Of a stretch of 64,000 bases of DNA, positions 17,710 to 26,803 are shown in pieces. The notes beneath the pieces are model-generated. The model had not been told where the DNA came from, made no database searches, and saw only the letters and a list, made by a program, of their open reading frames with translations. Positions within the stretch are counted from its first letter, which is position 1. Each line of letters starts with the position of its first letter. Position numbers and translations under genes: made by a program. The DNA is from an uncultured bacterium (GTDB taxonomy: Bacteria > Patescibacteriota > Dojkabacteria > J137), in NCBI GenBank assembly GCA_963700155.1, contig OY969472.1:680690-744689 (forward strand). The letters are read 5' to 3'.

Positions 17710-17853
17710 TTTTATATAATTAAAATTAAAAAAACGCTCCTACGAGCGTTTTAACTGACACTATAAAATATTTTATAGCATATATTATTACGTCTCGGTA
17801 GGAACTTTATTGTAAGTTTTAACTTACAAACCTACTGTCTATGACTTTAATTT
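17710..17853 (-). promoter_or_regulatory. rplJ (L10) leader with an attenuator-like hairpin (17731..17752, aaaacgctc-ctac-gagcgtttt) followed on the transcript by a U-rich run ~12 nt before the rplJ start codon
   Basis: Hairpin read directly. The 144-bp spacer between rplA and rplJ is the conserved position of the L10-L12 autoregulatory leader. Confidence 0.5.
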
Positions 17854-18510
17854 TTATAACTGCTGCATTATATCATTAATATCCAACTTTACACCAGCAC
17901 CCATTGTAGGGGAGAGTGTAATTTTCTTAAATGGACTTGATACGAGTTTTTTACTCTCTGTTAATACTGATTTTAATACTGCAATAACATTTTCCGAAAT
18001 TTTATCAGTATCCATATCCACTTTTGCGACTTTTAATCTGATAACACCTTGGTCCTGGGCAGCTTTAAAGTTTAATCTTCCTGCTTTAAAACTTTTTACT
18101 GTCTTAGCAATATCATTTGTGATAGTTCCATTCTTTGGATTAGGCATTAATCCCTTTGGACCCAAAACTCTTGCAATTCTAGCAATCTTTGGCATTACTG
18201 ATGGAGTAGCGATTACAACATCAAAACCTGTGTAACCCTTTTCTATTTCTGCAATTAAATCATCAACTCCAGCTTTAGTAGCTCCAGCTTCTAATGCTGC
18301 TTTCGAATCTTTCTCTTCACAAAATACAATAACTTTTTTGTCATCTCCCATTGAATTTGGAAGATTTACGCTTCCTCTAATTGTTTCTTTTTTTTGTTTA
18401 TCTCTTAGATTAAGCAATATATCAATATTCACACTACCTACAAACTTTGTTTTAGAAGAGCTTTTAACAAACTCAACTGCATCTTTTAAATTCATCGTTT
18501 CCTTTGCCAC
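17854..18510 (-). CDS. rplA: 50S ribosomal protein L1
   Basis: L1-like sequence and conserved position in the rplKAJL cluster. Confidence 0.85.
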   Translation of the reverse strand: MAKETMNLKDAVEFVKSSSKTKFVGSVNIDILLNLRDKQKKETIRGSVNLPNSMGDDKKVIVFCEEKDSKAALEAGATKAGVDDLIAEIEKGYTGFDVVIATPSVMPKIARIARVLGPKGLMPNPKNGTITNDIAKTVKSFKAGRLNFKAAQDQGVIRLKVAKVDMDTDKISENVIAVLKSVLTESKKLVSSPFKKITLSPTMGAGVKLDINDIMQQL

Positions 18511-18533
18511 AATATTTATCCTAAAATTTAATA

Positions 18534-18959
18534 TTAATCAGTAACTTCGATTCCTAAAGATTTCGCTGTTCCTTCAACAATTTTAATAGCAGAATCAATT
18601 TTTTTAGTATTGAAATCTGGCATTTTTCTTTCAGCAATCTCTTTTAAATCATTTCTTTTTACTTTTGCTATTTTATCTTTGTTTGGAGTAGCAGATCCCT
18701 TCTCAAGATTTAACTTCTTTTTGAGCATTCCTGTAACTGTTGGTTGTTTTAAAACCATTTTATAACTTCGATCTTTAAATACTGTCACTACAACAGGAAT
18801 TTCAAAATCCCCCATATCAGCTGTCTTTGAGTTAAACTCAGTACAAAATTGCTGAATGTTTATACCATTCTGACCCAAGATTGGACCTATTGGTGGGGCA
18901 GGATTAGCTTTCCCAGCATGAATTTGTAATTTTAATATTCCACTTATTTCTTTTGCCAT
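18534..18959 (-). CDS. rplK: 50S ribosomal protein L11
   Basis: MAKEISGILKLQIHAGKANPAPPIGPILGQNGINI is a classic L11 N-terminus. Confidence 0.9.
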   Translation of the reverse strand: MAKEISGILKLQIHAGKANPAPPIGPILGQNGINIQQFCTEFNSKTADMGDFEIPVVVTVFKDRSYKMVLKQPTVTGMLKKKLNLEKGSATPNKDKIAKVKRNDLKEIAERKMPDFNTKKIDSAIKIVEGTAKSLGIEVTD

Positions 18960-18991
18960 TTTCTTTTCTTAATATATTAATAAATCTTTGA

Positions 18992-19594
18992 TTAAATCTT
19001 AGTAACTTGTAAAAAGTCTAACTGTACAGGTGTTTCTCTATCAAAAATTGATAACAATACCGTAACCTGTCCTTTACTCTCATTAACTTCTTTAACTGTT
19101 CCGACAAAGTCTTTGAAAGGTCCATCTGATACTTTTACAGCATCATTGATACTGAATTTAGAATCAAATACAGGAGATTGTTTTACTTGAGTAAATGCCA
19201 AAATACCTTCTGCTTCAGTATCGCTTAGTGCAGTAGGAGTTTTAGAAGTTGCTGTCATTCCTATAAATCCTTGGACACCCTCTGTGTTTCTAATAATATG
19301 AAGTGTGTCATCGTTAGCAACCATTCTTACTAAAATATATCCTGGGAAGATTCTTTCTTCGATAGTTTGCTTTTTTCCTCTTTTGATTATGATTTTCTCT
19401 TGAGTTGGAACAACAACATCTGTAATTAAATCTTCCATGTTATTTGCTTTAACTCTTTGATTAATCAATTGAGCTGTTTTATTTTCTTTTCCTGAACTTG
19501 ATGTAACAATATACCATCTATGATTATCTTTAGATGGAGTAGTGACTTTTTTTTCTTCTTTTGTTTCAGAGGACTTAATTTCTTTGTCTTCCAT
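18992..19594 (-). CDS. nusG: Transcription antitermination factor NusG
   Basis: NGN domain (WYIVTSSSGKE...) and C-terminal KOW motif. Conserved secE-nusG-rplK position. Confidence 0.85.
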   Translation of the reverse strand: MEDKEIKSSETKEEKKVTTPSKDNHRWYIVTSSSGKENKTAQLINQRVKANNMEDLITDVVVPTQEKIIIKRGKKQTIEERIFPGYILVRMVANDDTLHIIRNTEGVQGFIGMTATSKTPTALSDTEAEGILAFTQVKQSPVFDSKFSINDAVKVSDGPFKDFVGTVKEVNESKGQVTVLLSIFDRETPVQLDFLQVTKI

Positions 19595-19606
19595 TTTTTA
19601 TTTTAT

Positions 19607-19810
19607 TTATATAATTAAATTTCTTATTAATAAGAATCCTTTATCTAATGCTAGAATAATAAGAGCGCTTACAATAAGAACAACGAGTATAATTACTGTA
19701 TACTTTATTGTCTGTTTTCTACTTAACCAGACAACATTTTTTAATTCTTCAAAAGTTAATTTTATAAAATTAACAATTTGATCCGGTATAGATAAAATCT
19801 TTTTTAACAA
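19607..19810 (-). CDS. secE: Preprotein translocase subunit SecE (single TM, 67 aa)
   Basis: Small protein with a C-terminal TM helix, immediately upstream of nusG. Confidence 0.7.
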   Translation of the reverse strand: MLKKILSIPDQIVNFIKLTFEELKNVVWLSRKQTIKYTVIILVVLIVSALIILALDKGFLLIRNLII

Positions 19811-19843
19811 ATTTTTTATTTAATATTTATTTAATGTTCTTAA

Positions 19844-19918
19844 TGGCAGGGCCACTAGGGCTCGAACCTAGGCGAAGGGTTTTGGAGACCCTCATGCTAC
19901 CAACTACATCATAGCCCT
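19844..19918 (-). tRNA. tRNA-Trp(CCA), CCA 3' end encoded
   Basis: Reverse complement folds canonically: acceptor AGGGCTA/TGGCCCT, anticodon stem AGGGT/ACCCT with loop CTCCAAA, T-arm CTAGG-TTCGAGC-CCTAG. The position between rpmG and secE is conserved in many bacteria. Confidence 0.85.
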
Positions 19919-19936
19919 TTAAAGTGGCCTTGATTA

Positions 19937-20122
19937 TTACTTTACTTTCTTAATTAACTTGAAAGGTAAATGTTTCCTTTCCTTTCTACTATATTTCATT
20001 ACAACTTTATCATTCAACTTATCAACAGCTTCTTTAGAGAGTCTAATTGTATAATGTTCTCCAGTTTCACTATTATAGAATCTGAATACATTTTGTTTTT
20101 TCTTCTTTGTTGACTTAGCCAT
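19937..20122 (-). CDS. rpmG: 50S ribosomal protein L33 (zinc-less form)
   Basis: 61-aa Lys-rich protein in the conserved rpmG-(tRNA-Trp)-secE-nusG position. C-terminal YSRKERKHLPFKLIKK resembles the L33 tail. Confidence 0.65.
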   Translation of the reverse strand: MAKSTKKKKQNVFRFYNSETGEHYTIRLSKEAVDKLNDKVVMKYSRKERKHLPFKLIKKVK

Positions 20123-20265
20123 ATTTTAATATCGATTTTTAATTTATATATTATACAAGATTGGGGACTAAATATGCTATAAAACTGAATATTAAACGGG
20201 TTTAATTTCAGCAGGTAATTATAAACCATAAGGGCATTCTATTTCAATACCAAATTGATATTTTA

Positions 20266-21150
20266 TTATTTTGCACTTTCTTCCATATAAGTTCCATTTT
20301 GTGTTGAAAGTTGGATAAGCTCTCCATCAGTTTGAATCTTAATCCTTCCATCCTCATCTGTTCTGTAAATGTTAAGATTTGCATCCTCTAAAAGCTTCAT
20401 TGTTTCTGAATTTGGGTGATGATAAGGATTATTATTCCCCACAGAAATAGCTGCAATCTTTATATGTGTTAAATCTAAAAATTCAGAACTTGTTGAGCTC
20501 TTACTGCCATGGTGTCCAACTTTCAACACATCAATACTTTTGTCTTTAAGATCATAAAGTGATTTTACTTCGTTAACTTTCCCAAGGTCACCAGCAGAAT
20601 AGAGTTCAAAATCTTTGTATTCAATCACAACACCAATTGAAGTTTGATTAACATCATCTTTGTATTTGTCTAATTCTAAAGTATCTGGCCAGACTATGTT
20701 AAAAATCACCTCTCCTATTTTGAAGTCATTATTTTGAGTAACAGAGTAGACTTTAGTATTATTAAGTTTTTTCAACTTGTTAATTATTGAATTATAAATT
20801 TCTGTTTCTTTAGGGACCTTTTCAATAAAGACATTTTTTATTTGATACTTTTCAAAAATACTCAAAAAACCCTCTACATGATCTGCATCTGGATGAGTTA
20901 GAATTATAAAATCAAAAGTATTCACATAAAAAGGTAGAGTATTTGATAATTCTTCCATAACTTTATTCCCTCTTCCTGCATCAATCAATCCATAGTTATT
21001 ATCAGGTGTTTTAATTAAAATTGAATCTCCTTGCCCTATATTTAAAACAGTTACTTCAAGATCGTTAGAAGAGTGGTCTTTCTCTAAAAATAATGAAATA
21101 TTAAAAATTAATAAGAATGCAACGATTAATATAAAAATTTTTCTATTCAT
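20266..21150 (-). CDS. MBL-fold metallo-hydrolase corresponding to the ComEC C-terminal beta-lactamase-like domain, encoded as a separate gene
   Basis: HxHxDH motif (ILTHPDADHVEGF). N-terminal signal/TM. Overlaps comEC by 8 nt. Confidence 0.7.
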   Translation of the reverse strand: MNRKIFILIVAFLLIFNISLFLEKDHSSNDLEVTVLNIGQGDSILIKTPDNNYGLIDAGRGNKVMEELSNTLPFYVNTFDFIILTHPDADHVEGFLSIFEKYQIKNVFIEKVPKETEIYNSIINKLKKLNNTKVYSVTQNNDFKIGEVIFNIVWPDTLELDKYKDDVNQTSIGVVIEYKDFELYSAGDLGKVNEVKSLYDLKDKSIDVLKVGHHGSKSSTSSEFLDLTHIKIAAISVGNNNPYHHPNSETMKLLEDANLNIYRTDEDGRIKIQTDGELIQLSTQNGTYMEESAK

Positions 21151-22588
21151 TTTTAGACGTTAATTTATAATTTGCAGTTTTCTTTTTGTTATAGATAAGT
21201 AATAAAATTACTGGGGTAAGAATAGCTATAAAATAAATCAAAGCTATTCTAGAGTCACTACTTTGTGATATTTCAAGTGATCCAACTTTATTTATAAAAA
21301 GAATTACTAATTTTAATAAATTATTTATTATCATAAATAACTGGTGGCTTAATAAGGTTATATTTAAGATCTGAAGTAAAATTGCACTGATTGACAATAC
21401 AGTTATTAATGGGATTAAGGGTAATATAACTATATTGGCTATAATAGCTAATATAGAGATACTACCGAATTGTAAGTAGGTAAGGGGTAATGTAAAGATC
21501 AAAACTGAAATTGTTGTTATCAATATTTCTGTTAGTAAATTTTTTACTCGTATTTTCTCGAGAATTTTTATTAACTTTCCTGCAAGTAGAAAAAGAGCAA
21601 GACTAGCCAGTAAGGAAAGTTGAAAACTTATGTTAAATAAATAGAAAGGACATAATACTAATAATATGATTGTTGATAAAGTGATTGCGTAAATTGGATC
21701 TAATCTTCTTCCAATAAGTATACTTGCAATTATAATAAGTAACATTATTGAAGCTCTAGCAGTTGGGAGATTATAAAACCCTACTAGATTCCAGAAAAGG
21801 AAGATTAATATTCCAGCAATGAGTAAAGTTATTTTTCTATTAATAAATTTTGTGAAGTATAGTAGCCCTATGAAGATTATTCCCACATTATAACCAGAAA
21901 CACTTGTTATATGGCTTAATCCAGAATTCTTTATATTATTTTTTAACTCATCTGAAAATCCATTATCATCTCCAATTATTAAGCCTTTGTCTAAGGAGGT
22001 CTGAGGCTCAGTTAAGTTTTCAGAAATGATTTGTGAAATACTATGATTTACTTTGCTTAATAAAGATTCAAATTTATATTGATAACTTTGAACTTGTATA
22101 ACCTCTGGATTCTTTAATTCTAAAGAAATATTTCTAGATTTCAAATATAGTAATCTATCAAAGTTCTCGTATTGTTCAGGTATATTTAATGTTCCTTTAA
22201 CTGTAATTTCATCTCCTGTTTTTAAATTGTTATATTTACTTAACTCAGTAATAATATTTGTACTAAAGTTTGTTTGAGGTTTAAATACTATTTCAGAATA
22301 ATAATCTTTCACATTTGGATCTTGTATAATTTCACCAGTTATTTGAACTTCTTTATTCTCAAAATTATGAATATCTTTGCTAAACAAGCTTTCCCAGTAA
22401 AATGTATATAAACTCCCAATAATTAATGCAAAAATAAATAGTAGATAAAACTTTCTTGCATAGACTATTACAAGAATTATAAGCAATAATAATATTGTTT
22501 TTCCAATATCAAATTGAGTTAAAATGATTCCTAATAGTAAACCAGCAAATATTTGATAAATTTTTGTGTTTTTAAAAGTTTTTAACAT
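21143..22588 (-). CDS. comEC: Competence protein ComEC/Rec2 membrane DNA channel (N-terminal OB/DUF4131-like region plus the polytopic competence domain). Lacks the fused MBL domain.
   Basis: Long polytopic membrane protein immediately downstream of comEA. Start/stop overlap ATGA with comEA at 22588. Confidence 0.7.
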   Translation of the reverse strand: MLKTFKNTKIYQIFAGLLLGIILTQFDIGKTILLLLIILVIVYARKFYLLFIFALIIGSLYTFYWESLFSKDIHNFENKEVQITGEIIQDPNVKDYYSEIVFKPQTNFSTNIITELSKYNNLKTGDEITVKGTLNIPEQYENFDRLLYLKSRNISLELKNPEVIQVQSYQYKFESLLSKVNHSISQIISENLTEPQTSLDKGLIIGDDNGFSDELKNNIKNSGLSHITSVSGYNVGIIFIGLLYFTKFINRKITLLIAGILIFLFWNLVGFYNLPTARASIMLLIIIASILIGRRLDPIYAITLSTIILLVLCPFYLFNISFQLSLLASLALFLLAGKLIKILEKIRVKNLLTEILITTISVLIFTLPLTYLQFGSISILAIIANIVILPLIPLITVLSISAILLQILNITLLSHQLFMIINNLLKLVILFINKVGSLEISQSSDSRIALIYFIAILTPVILLLIYNKKKTANYKLTSKNE

Positions 22589-23166
22589 TATTGTTCCACA
22601 GTAATTAGATCCTTTATTTGATTATATTTACTGTCTCCAATTCCTGAAACATTTTTTATATCTTCAATGTTTGAGAAAGGTCTTGATTGAATTATTTTCT
22701 TTGCAGTAGAAGGCCCAATACCAGGAAGAGTATCTAGTTCTTCTGACGTTGCATTATTAATATTTATCTTGTCTCCTGTGTTTGTCTGAGAGGTAGCATT
22801 GCTTGATACTTGTTTGTTTGGAATGAAAATATGATCTGAATCTTTAACTATGCTTGAAAGGTTAAGTGTTTTATTAATATAATCTTGATCAGCTTCTTTA
22901 GTTAATCCTCCAGCGAGATTTATCAGTTCTAAAAGAGTAGTATTATCATTTCTTAGTTCATAGACACCAGGTTTGGAAATTTCACCAGATATGTAAGCAA
23001 ATTTCTTAAAGATATAATCTTGAACAGGAGGATCTTTAATAAAAGTTAATGTATTAGTTTCCGTAATTGTTTCATCTAAAGTTGTTTTTAGGTTAAGGAA
23101 AGAAAAAATTAATAATATTAATAGAAATATAAGTTTTAATGTAAGAATAGCGTTTTTCTTAGACAT
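22588..23166 (-). CDS. comEA: Competence protein ComEA (membrane-anchored, tandem helix-hairpin-helix DNA-binding domain)
   Basis: C-terminal HhH motifs NINNATSEELDTLPGIGPSTAKKIIQSRPFSNIEDIKNVSGIG. Confidence 0.8.
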   Translation of the reverse strand: MSKKNAILTLKLIFLLILLIFSFLNLKTTLDETITETNTLTFIKDPPVQDYIFKKFAYISGEISKPGVYELRNDNTTLLELINLAGGLTKEADQDYINKTLNLSSIVKDSDHIFIPNKQVSSNATSQTNTGDKININNATSEELDTLPGIGPSTAKKIIQSRPFSNIEDIKNVSGIGDSKYNQIKDLITVEQ

Positions 23167-23231
23167 ATTTTTTGAAGTTTAAAGACTAAGAAATTTTAGT
23201 TAGTAATTCTTACAAATTCATTACAAAAGTA

Positions 23232-23987
23232 CTATTTTGTTACGATTTTAATATCCTCAATCTTTATTGGTGTAAGAGGTTTAGCGTTATTGGAGTTTGA
23301 ATCATCCACAGGTATATTAGAGATTTTATCGATTATATTTTCTCCTTCAATTACCTTTCCAATAACTGTGTATTTACCCTGCATAAGGTTTAATCTAGGA
23401 TCATTGCTTTCTGCTAAGACTATAAAAAACTGTGAGCTATTAGTATCAGGACCATTATTTGCCATGGCTAGCGAATATTTTTCTAATCTTTTTGAAGAAA
23501 GATCTGTATTATCTGTGTATCCTTGCGACTTAAGTTGATTAATTTGATCCTCACTTAAATTTAAACTTTCCCAGTTGACTTCATCTTGAATATAATATGA
23601 TGTTTTTCCATATCCATCGTCATTTGCATCATCATTCAGTGTATTTCTATCTCCACCTTGTATTAATAAATCCGGAATCATTCTATGAAAGTAGACTCCA
23701 TCATAATATCCTTGCTCTGAAAGGTAGACGAAATTATTAACATTCTTAGGAGCAGATTCTCTATAAAGTTCTACTGTGAAGTTACCTTCTGATGTTGAAA
23801 ATTGAGCAGAGTAGTTTAATCCTGATTGAGTATAATCCTCATTTGGCTTTTGAAGTAGAGCATATTTATCGAATGAGATTTTATTGAATATTCTAGGGAT
23901 AAATACATCTTTAGCAAAGAGCACAAGTATTCCAAAGAATATTAAACTTCCTATTAGATATATCCAATTTGGATTAAGCTTCTTCAT
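23232..23987 (-). CDS. Cyclophilin-type peptidyl-prolyl cis-trans isomerase, membrane-anchored/secreted
   Basis: FHRMIPDLLIQGGD and SQFFIVLAE cyclophilin signatures. N-terminal hydrophobic anchor. Confidence 0.8.
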   Translation of the reverse strand: MKKLNPNWIYLIGSLIFFGILVLFAKDVFIPRIFNKISFDKYALLQKPNEDYTQSGLNYSAQFSTSEGNFTVELYRESAPKNVNNFVYLSEQGYYDGVYFHRMIPDLLIQGGDRNTLNDDANDDGYGKTSYYIQDEVNWESLNLSEDQINQLKSQGYTDNTDLSSKRLEKYSLAMANNGPDTNSSQFFIVLAESNDPRLNLMQGKYTVIGKVIEGENIIDKISNIPVDDSNSNNAKPLTPIKIEDIKIVTK

Positions 23988-24024
23988 GCTAATTATTACC
24001 TATTTATTATCAGTTAAATAGTGA

Positions 24025-24729
24025 TTATGATAATTTTTGCCTTAAATCCTCTCCTATAATAATTCCGGCCGCAACTGACATATTTAGTGAGTTTGTTTCT
24101 CCAAACTGTGGAATTTCTAAGATTCCATCACATCTGGACCTAACATTGTCTGTTAAACTCTTATCCTCACCACCAATAATATACAGGTTATTTAAAGATA
24201 AGTCATATTCAAAATATTTTTTTCCAACTCTTTCAATACCATAAATAAAAAATCCTTTTTCTCTGAATGATTTTATTGCTTGAAAAATCGGTATTTTTAT
24301 TATTGGTATAAAGAATACAGCCCCAGTAGATATTTTAGCTATTGTGGCTGTAATATCAATATTCTTAGGAAGAATCACACCTCCCATCCCTAAGCATTCA
24401 GCCGTTCTGATAATTGCCCCAATGTTATGTTCAAAACTAGCTTCTGAAATATAAATGAAAGATTTCTTATTTTGATTAAAATCTATTTCGTTTAACTTTG
24501 TTTCTTTAAATTGCACATCAGCTATAACGCCTTGGTGCTCATGAGATTTTACAAGAGAGGAGAGTCTGCTTTTGGAAACAAAATCAATTCTAACATTTGC
24601 TTTTTTTGCAGTATTTAAAATTCCTGAGATCTTTTCATCTTTGAAAATATTTTCTTCTAGAGTAATAGAGGTAACAACAAATTTGGAGTTTAAAGCTTGT
24701 GTGACTGTATTCCTTCCGTAAATAAGCAT
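24025..24729 (-). CDS. SpoU/TrmH-family RNA 2'-O-methyltransferase (RlmB-like)
   Basis: SPOUT motifs (HNIGAIIRTAECLGMGGVILP; LYIIGGEDKSL; LNMSVAAGIII). Confidence 0.75.
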   Translation of the reverse strand: MLIYGRNTVTQALNSKFVVTSITLEENIFKDEKISGILNTAKKANVRIDFVSKSRLSSLVKSHEHQGVIADVQFKETKLNEIDFNQNKKSFIYISEASFEHNIGAIIRTAECLGMGGVILPKNIDITATIAKISTGAVFFIPIIKIPIFQAIKSFREKGFFIYGIERVGKKYFEYDLSLNNLYIIGGEDKSLTDNVRSRCDGILEIPQFGETNSLNMSVAAGIIIGEDLRQKLS

Positions 24730-24750
24730 TATTGTAAGCTAAGGGTTAGA

Positions 24751-24981
24751 TTATCTTTCGATTTGTTTTCTAAGCTTTTTGTAGGCTTTCATTGAGATTT
24801 TGACCCTCTTAGTCTGGCCGTCAACTTCTAACTTAACCTTTCGTAAGTTTGGTTTCCATGTTCTTTTAGTATTTGGTGCTTTAAATGCCCAGACTCCGCT
24901 TCCTCCTGAAGCACCTCTCCTGTGCTTTTTGTTTCCACCGAAACTAGTTTTTCTTCCTGTTAATTCACATTCTCTTGACAT
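24751..24981 (-). CDS. rpmB: 50S ribosomal protein L28
   Basis: MSRECELTGRKTSFGGNKKHRRG... is a typical L28 N-terminus. Confidence 0.85.
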   Translation of the reverse strand: MSRECELTGRKTSFGGNKKHRRGASGGSGVWAFKAPNTKRTWKPNLRKVKLEVDGQTKRVKISMKAYKKLRKQIER

Positions 24982-25161
24982 ATTTTTATATTTAATTAAT
25001 TAATCTCAAAAACGCTGTGTAATTTTAATTTATTATTCTTATTTTTGCAAAGATTTGTTATACTTTCTGAGCATTTTTAGGGTTATTTTATTAAATTTAG
25101 CTTAAAAAGAGCTGGTTTTTAATAAATTTGGAACTTTTAAGTCTTAATTTGTTTCGAGAGA

Positions 25162-25234
25162 GCCGCCTTAGCTCAGTTGGTAGAGCAACTGTTTTGTAAA
25201 CAGTGGGTCGTCAGTTCGAATCTGACAGGCGGCT
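25162..25234 (+). tRNA. tRNA-Thr(UGU)
   Basis: Canonical cloverleaf: acceptor GCCGCCT/AGGCGGC, anticodon stem ACTGT/ACAGT with loop TTTGTAA, T-arm GTCAG-TTCGAAT-CTGAC. Confidence 0.85.
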
Positions 25235-25295
25235 CTCTCGAAATTTTGATCATATGAGATTTAGTATTTAGAGAGTTTGTACTATAATTCTTTAT

Positions 25296-25379
25296 CCGGA
25301 GATGGCGGAGCGGTCAATCGCACCTGACTGTAAATCAGGCACCCTTAGGGTTACGGAGGTTCGAATCCTTCTCTCCGGA
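25296..25379 (+). tRNA. tRNA-Tyr(GUA), type II with a long variable arm
   Basis: Acceptor CCGGAGA/TCTCCGG, anticodon stem CCTGA/TCAGG with loop CTGTAAA, variable arm CACCCTTAGGGTTAC, T-loop TTCGAAT. Confidence 0.8.
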
Positions 25380-25413
25380 ATTTTCTTTCCAAAATCAATA
25401 TTATCTAGGCTTT

Positions 25414-25486
25414 GCCGAGATAGCTCAGTTGGTAGAGCATACCCATGGTAAGGGTAAGGTCCCGGGTTCGACCCCCGGCCTCGGCT
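25414..25486 (+). tRNA. tRNA-Thr(GGU) (A7·C66 mismatch in the acceptor stem)
   Basis: Acceptor GCCGAGA/CCTCGGC, anticodon stem TACCC/GGGTA with loop ATGGTAA, T-arm CCGGG-TTCGACC-CCCGG. Confidence 0.75.
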
Positions 25487-25644
25487 TGTTACTAAAATGC
25501 TACGATTCATTAGAGCGTAAAACTTCTACCAAATAATCTTTCAAGGTATTGAACACTAAATAACTCACAATTAAAACTTCAAGTAATTAGTTTAAACTTT
25601 CTTATATATGAAAGAATTTTGTAAGAACTTAATCATAAAATCTC

Positions 25645-26718
25645 ATGATTAATTTAATTATTTTTATGAAGAGTAAAGAGTTTTATAAAAGATTTACTTT
25701 GGAACTTTCATTAACCAATGGTTTAGGTCCAGTTCGTTTTAAAAAGTTGTTGGAAAAGTTTCAGACGATAGAGAATCTATATAAAAACAGAAAAGTAATC
25801 AAAAACATAGACTATAAGTCTAAAATAGATAACTTAATTAACTTGGATAAAATAGATGTTAACTCGTATATATGCCTTTGGGAAGAGGAATACGCTTATA
25901 ATCTAAAACAAATCCCTGATCCTCCAATTGTACTCTTTTACAGGGGTGTTAAAAATTTACTCAGTAATAAATTTAATATTTCTATTGTTGGAAGTAGAAG
26001 AATGAGTTCGTATGGAAATAAAGTGGTTCATAATTTGGTACGAAGTTTAAAAGGTTCAAGTTTTAGTGTTGTGAGTGGAATGGCTAATGGTATTGATTCT
26101 TCTGCACATAGAGCATCTTTAGAAAATAATATTCCTACTATAGCAATATTAGCTTCTTCTGTAGATAATCCAACACCTTATAATAATACAAATCTATATG
26201 ATGAAATTTTAGCAAATGGAGGCTTAATTCTATCTGAAACATTTCCCGGAGTTGGAATTAATGAAGGATTTTTCCCAAGAAGAAATAGAATAATAGCAGG
26301 AATATCACTAGGAACTATTATTGTAGAAGCTGGAGAAAAAAGTGGAGCTTTAATTACAGCTAGAATGGCACAATCATATAGTAAAGATGTATTTGCCGTA
26401 CCTTCTAGTATAGATAATTTTTACAGCTACGGTTCGAATGCTTTAATTAAAGACAATAAGGCAAAGCTCATTCAAAACATCGATGATGTTTTGAATGAGC
26501 TTTCCATACACTTTGACATCGAAGATTATAATTATACAAGAGCTCTTAGTGAGTTTGAAAATGAGATTTATAATACACTAGAGTCTGAGCCAAGATTGCC
26601 AGAAGATATAGCTGATTGCTTAAAAAAGGATATTTCAGTTATAATTTCAAGTTGTAGTATTATGGAATTGAATGGTTTTATTTTTAAAAATGAACGAGGA
26701 CAATATTGTGTGAGTTAA
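25645..26718 (+). CDS. dprA: DNA processing protein DprA/Smf
   Basis: Rossmann-like DprA core (IVGSRRMSSYG...GMANGIDSSAHRASL). Conserved dprA-topA adjacency. Confidence 0.8.
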   Translation: MINLIIFMKSKEFYKRFTLELSLTNGLGPVRFKKLLEKFQTIENLYKNRKVIKNIDYKSKIDNLINLDKIDVNSYICLWEEEYAYNLKQIPDPPIVLFYRGVKNLLSNKFNISIVGSRRMSSYGNKVVHNLVRSLKGSSFSVVSGMANGIDSSAHRASLENNIPTIAILASSVDNPTPYNNTNLYDEILANGGLILSETFPGVGINEGFFPRRNRIIAGISLGTIIVEAGEKSGALITARMAQSYSKDVFAVPSSIDNFYSYGSNALIKDNKAKLIQNIDDVLNELSIHFDIEDYNYTRALSEFENEIYNTLESEPRLPEDIADCLKKDISVIISSCSIMELNGFIFKNERGQYCVS

Positions 26719-26803
26719 GATTTTTATCTCAAATCTTAGTCTTCTAGTAATATAAATCATTTTTCTGTTAATATAGATAATTGTAACTTTTTAATAATAA
26801 TTA

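Noticed and set aside
20014-20229. 71-aa ORF overlapping rpmG and its upstream region
   Set aside because: It overlaps the better-supported L33 gene (conserved synteny) in another frame. No motifs.
25292-25510. 72-aa minus-strand ORF across the tRNA cluster
   Set aside because: It overlaps tRNA-Tyr and tRNA-Thr on the opposite strand. The tRNA folds are canonical, so the ORF is an artefact.
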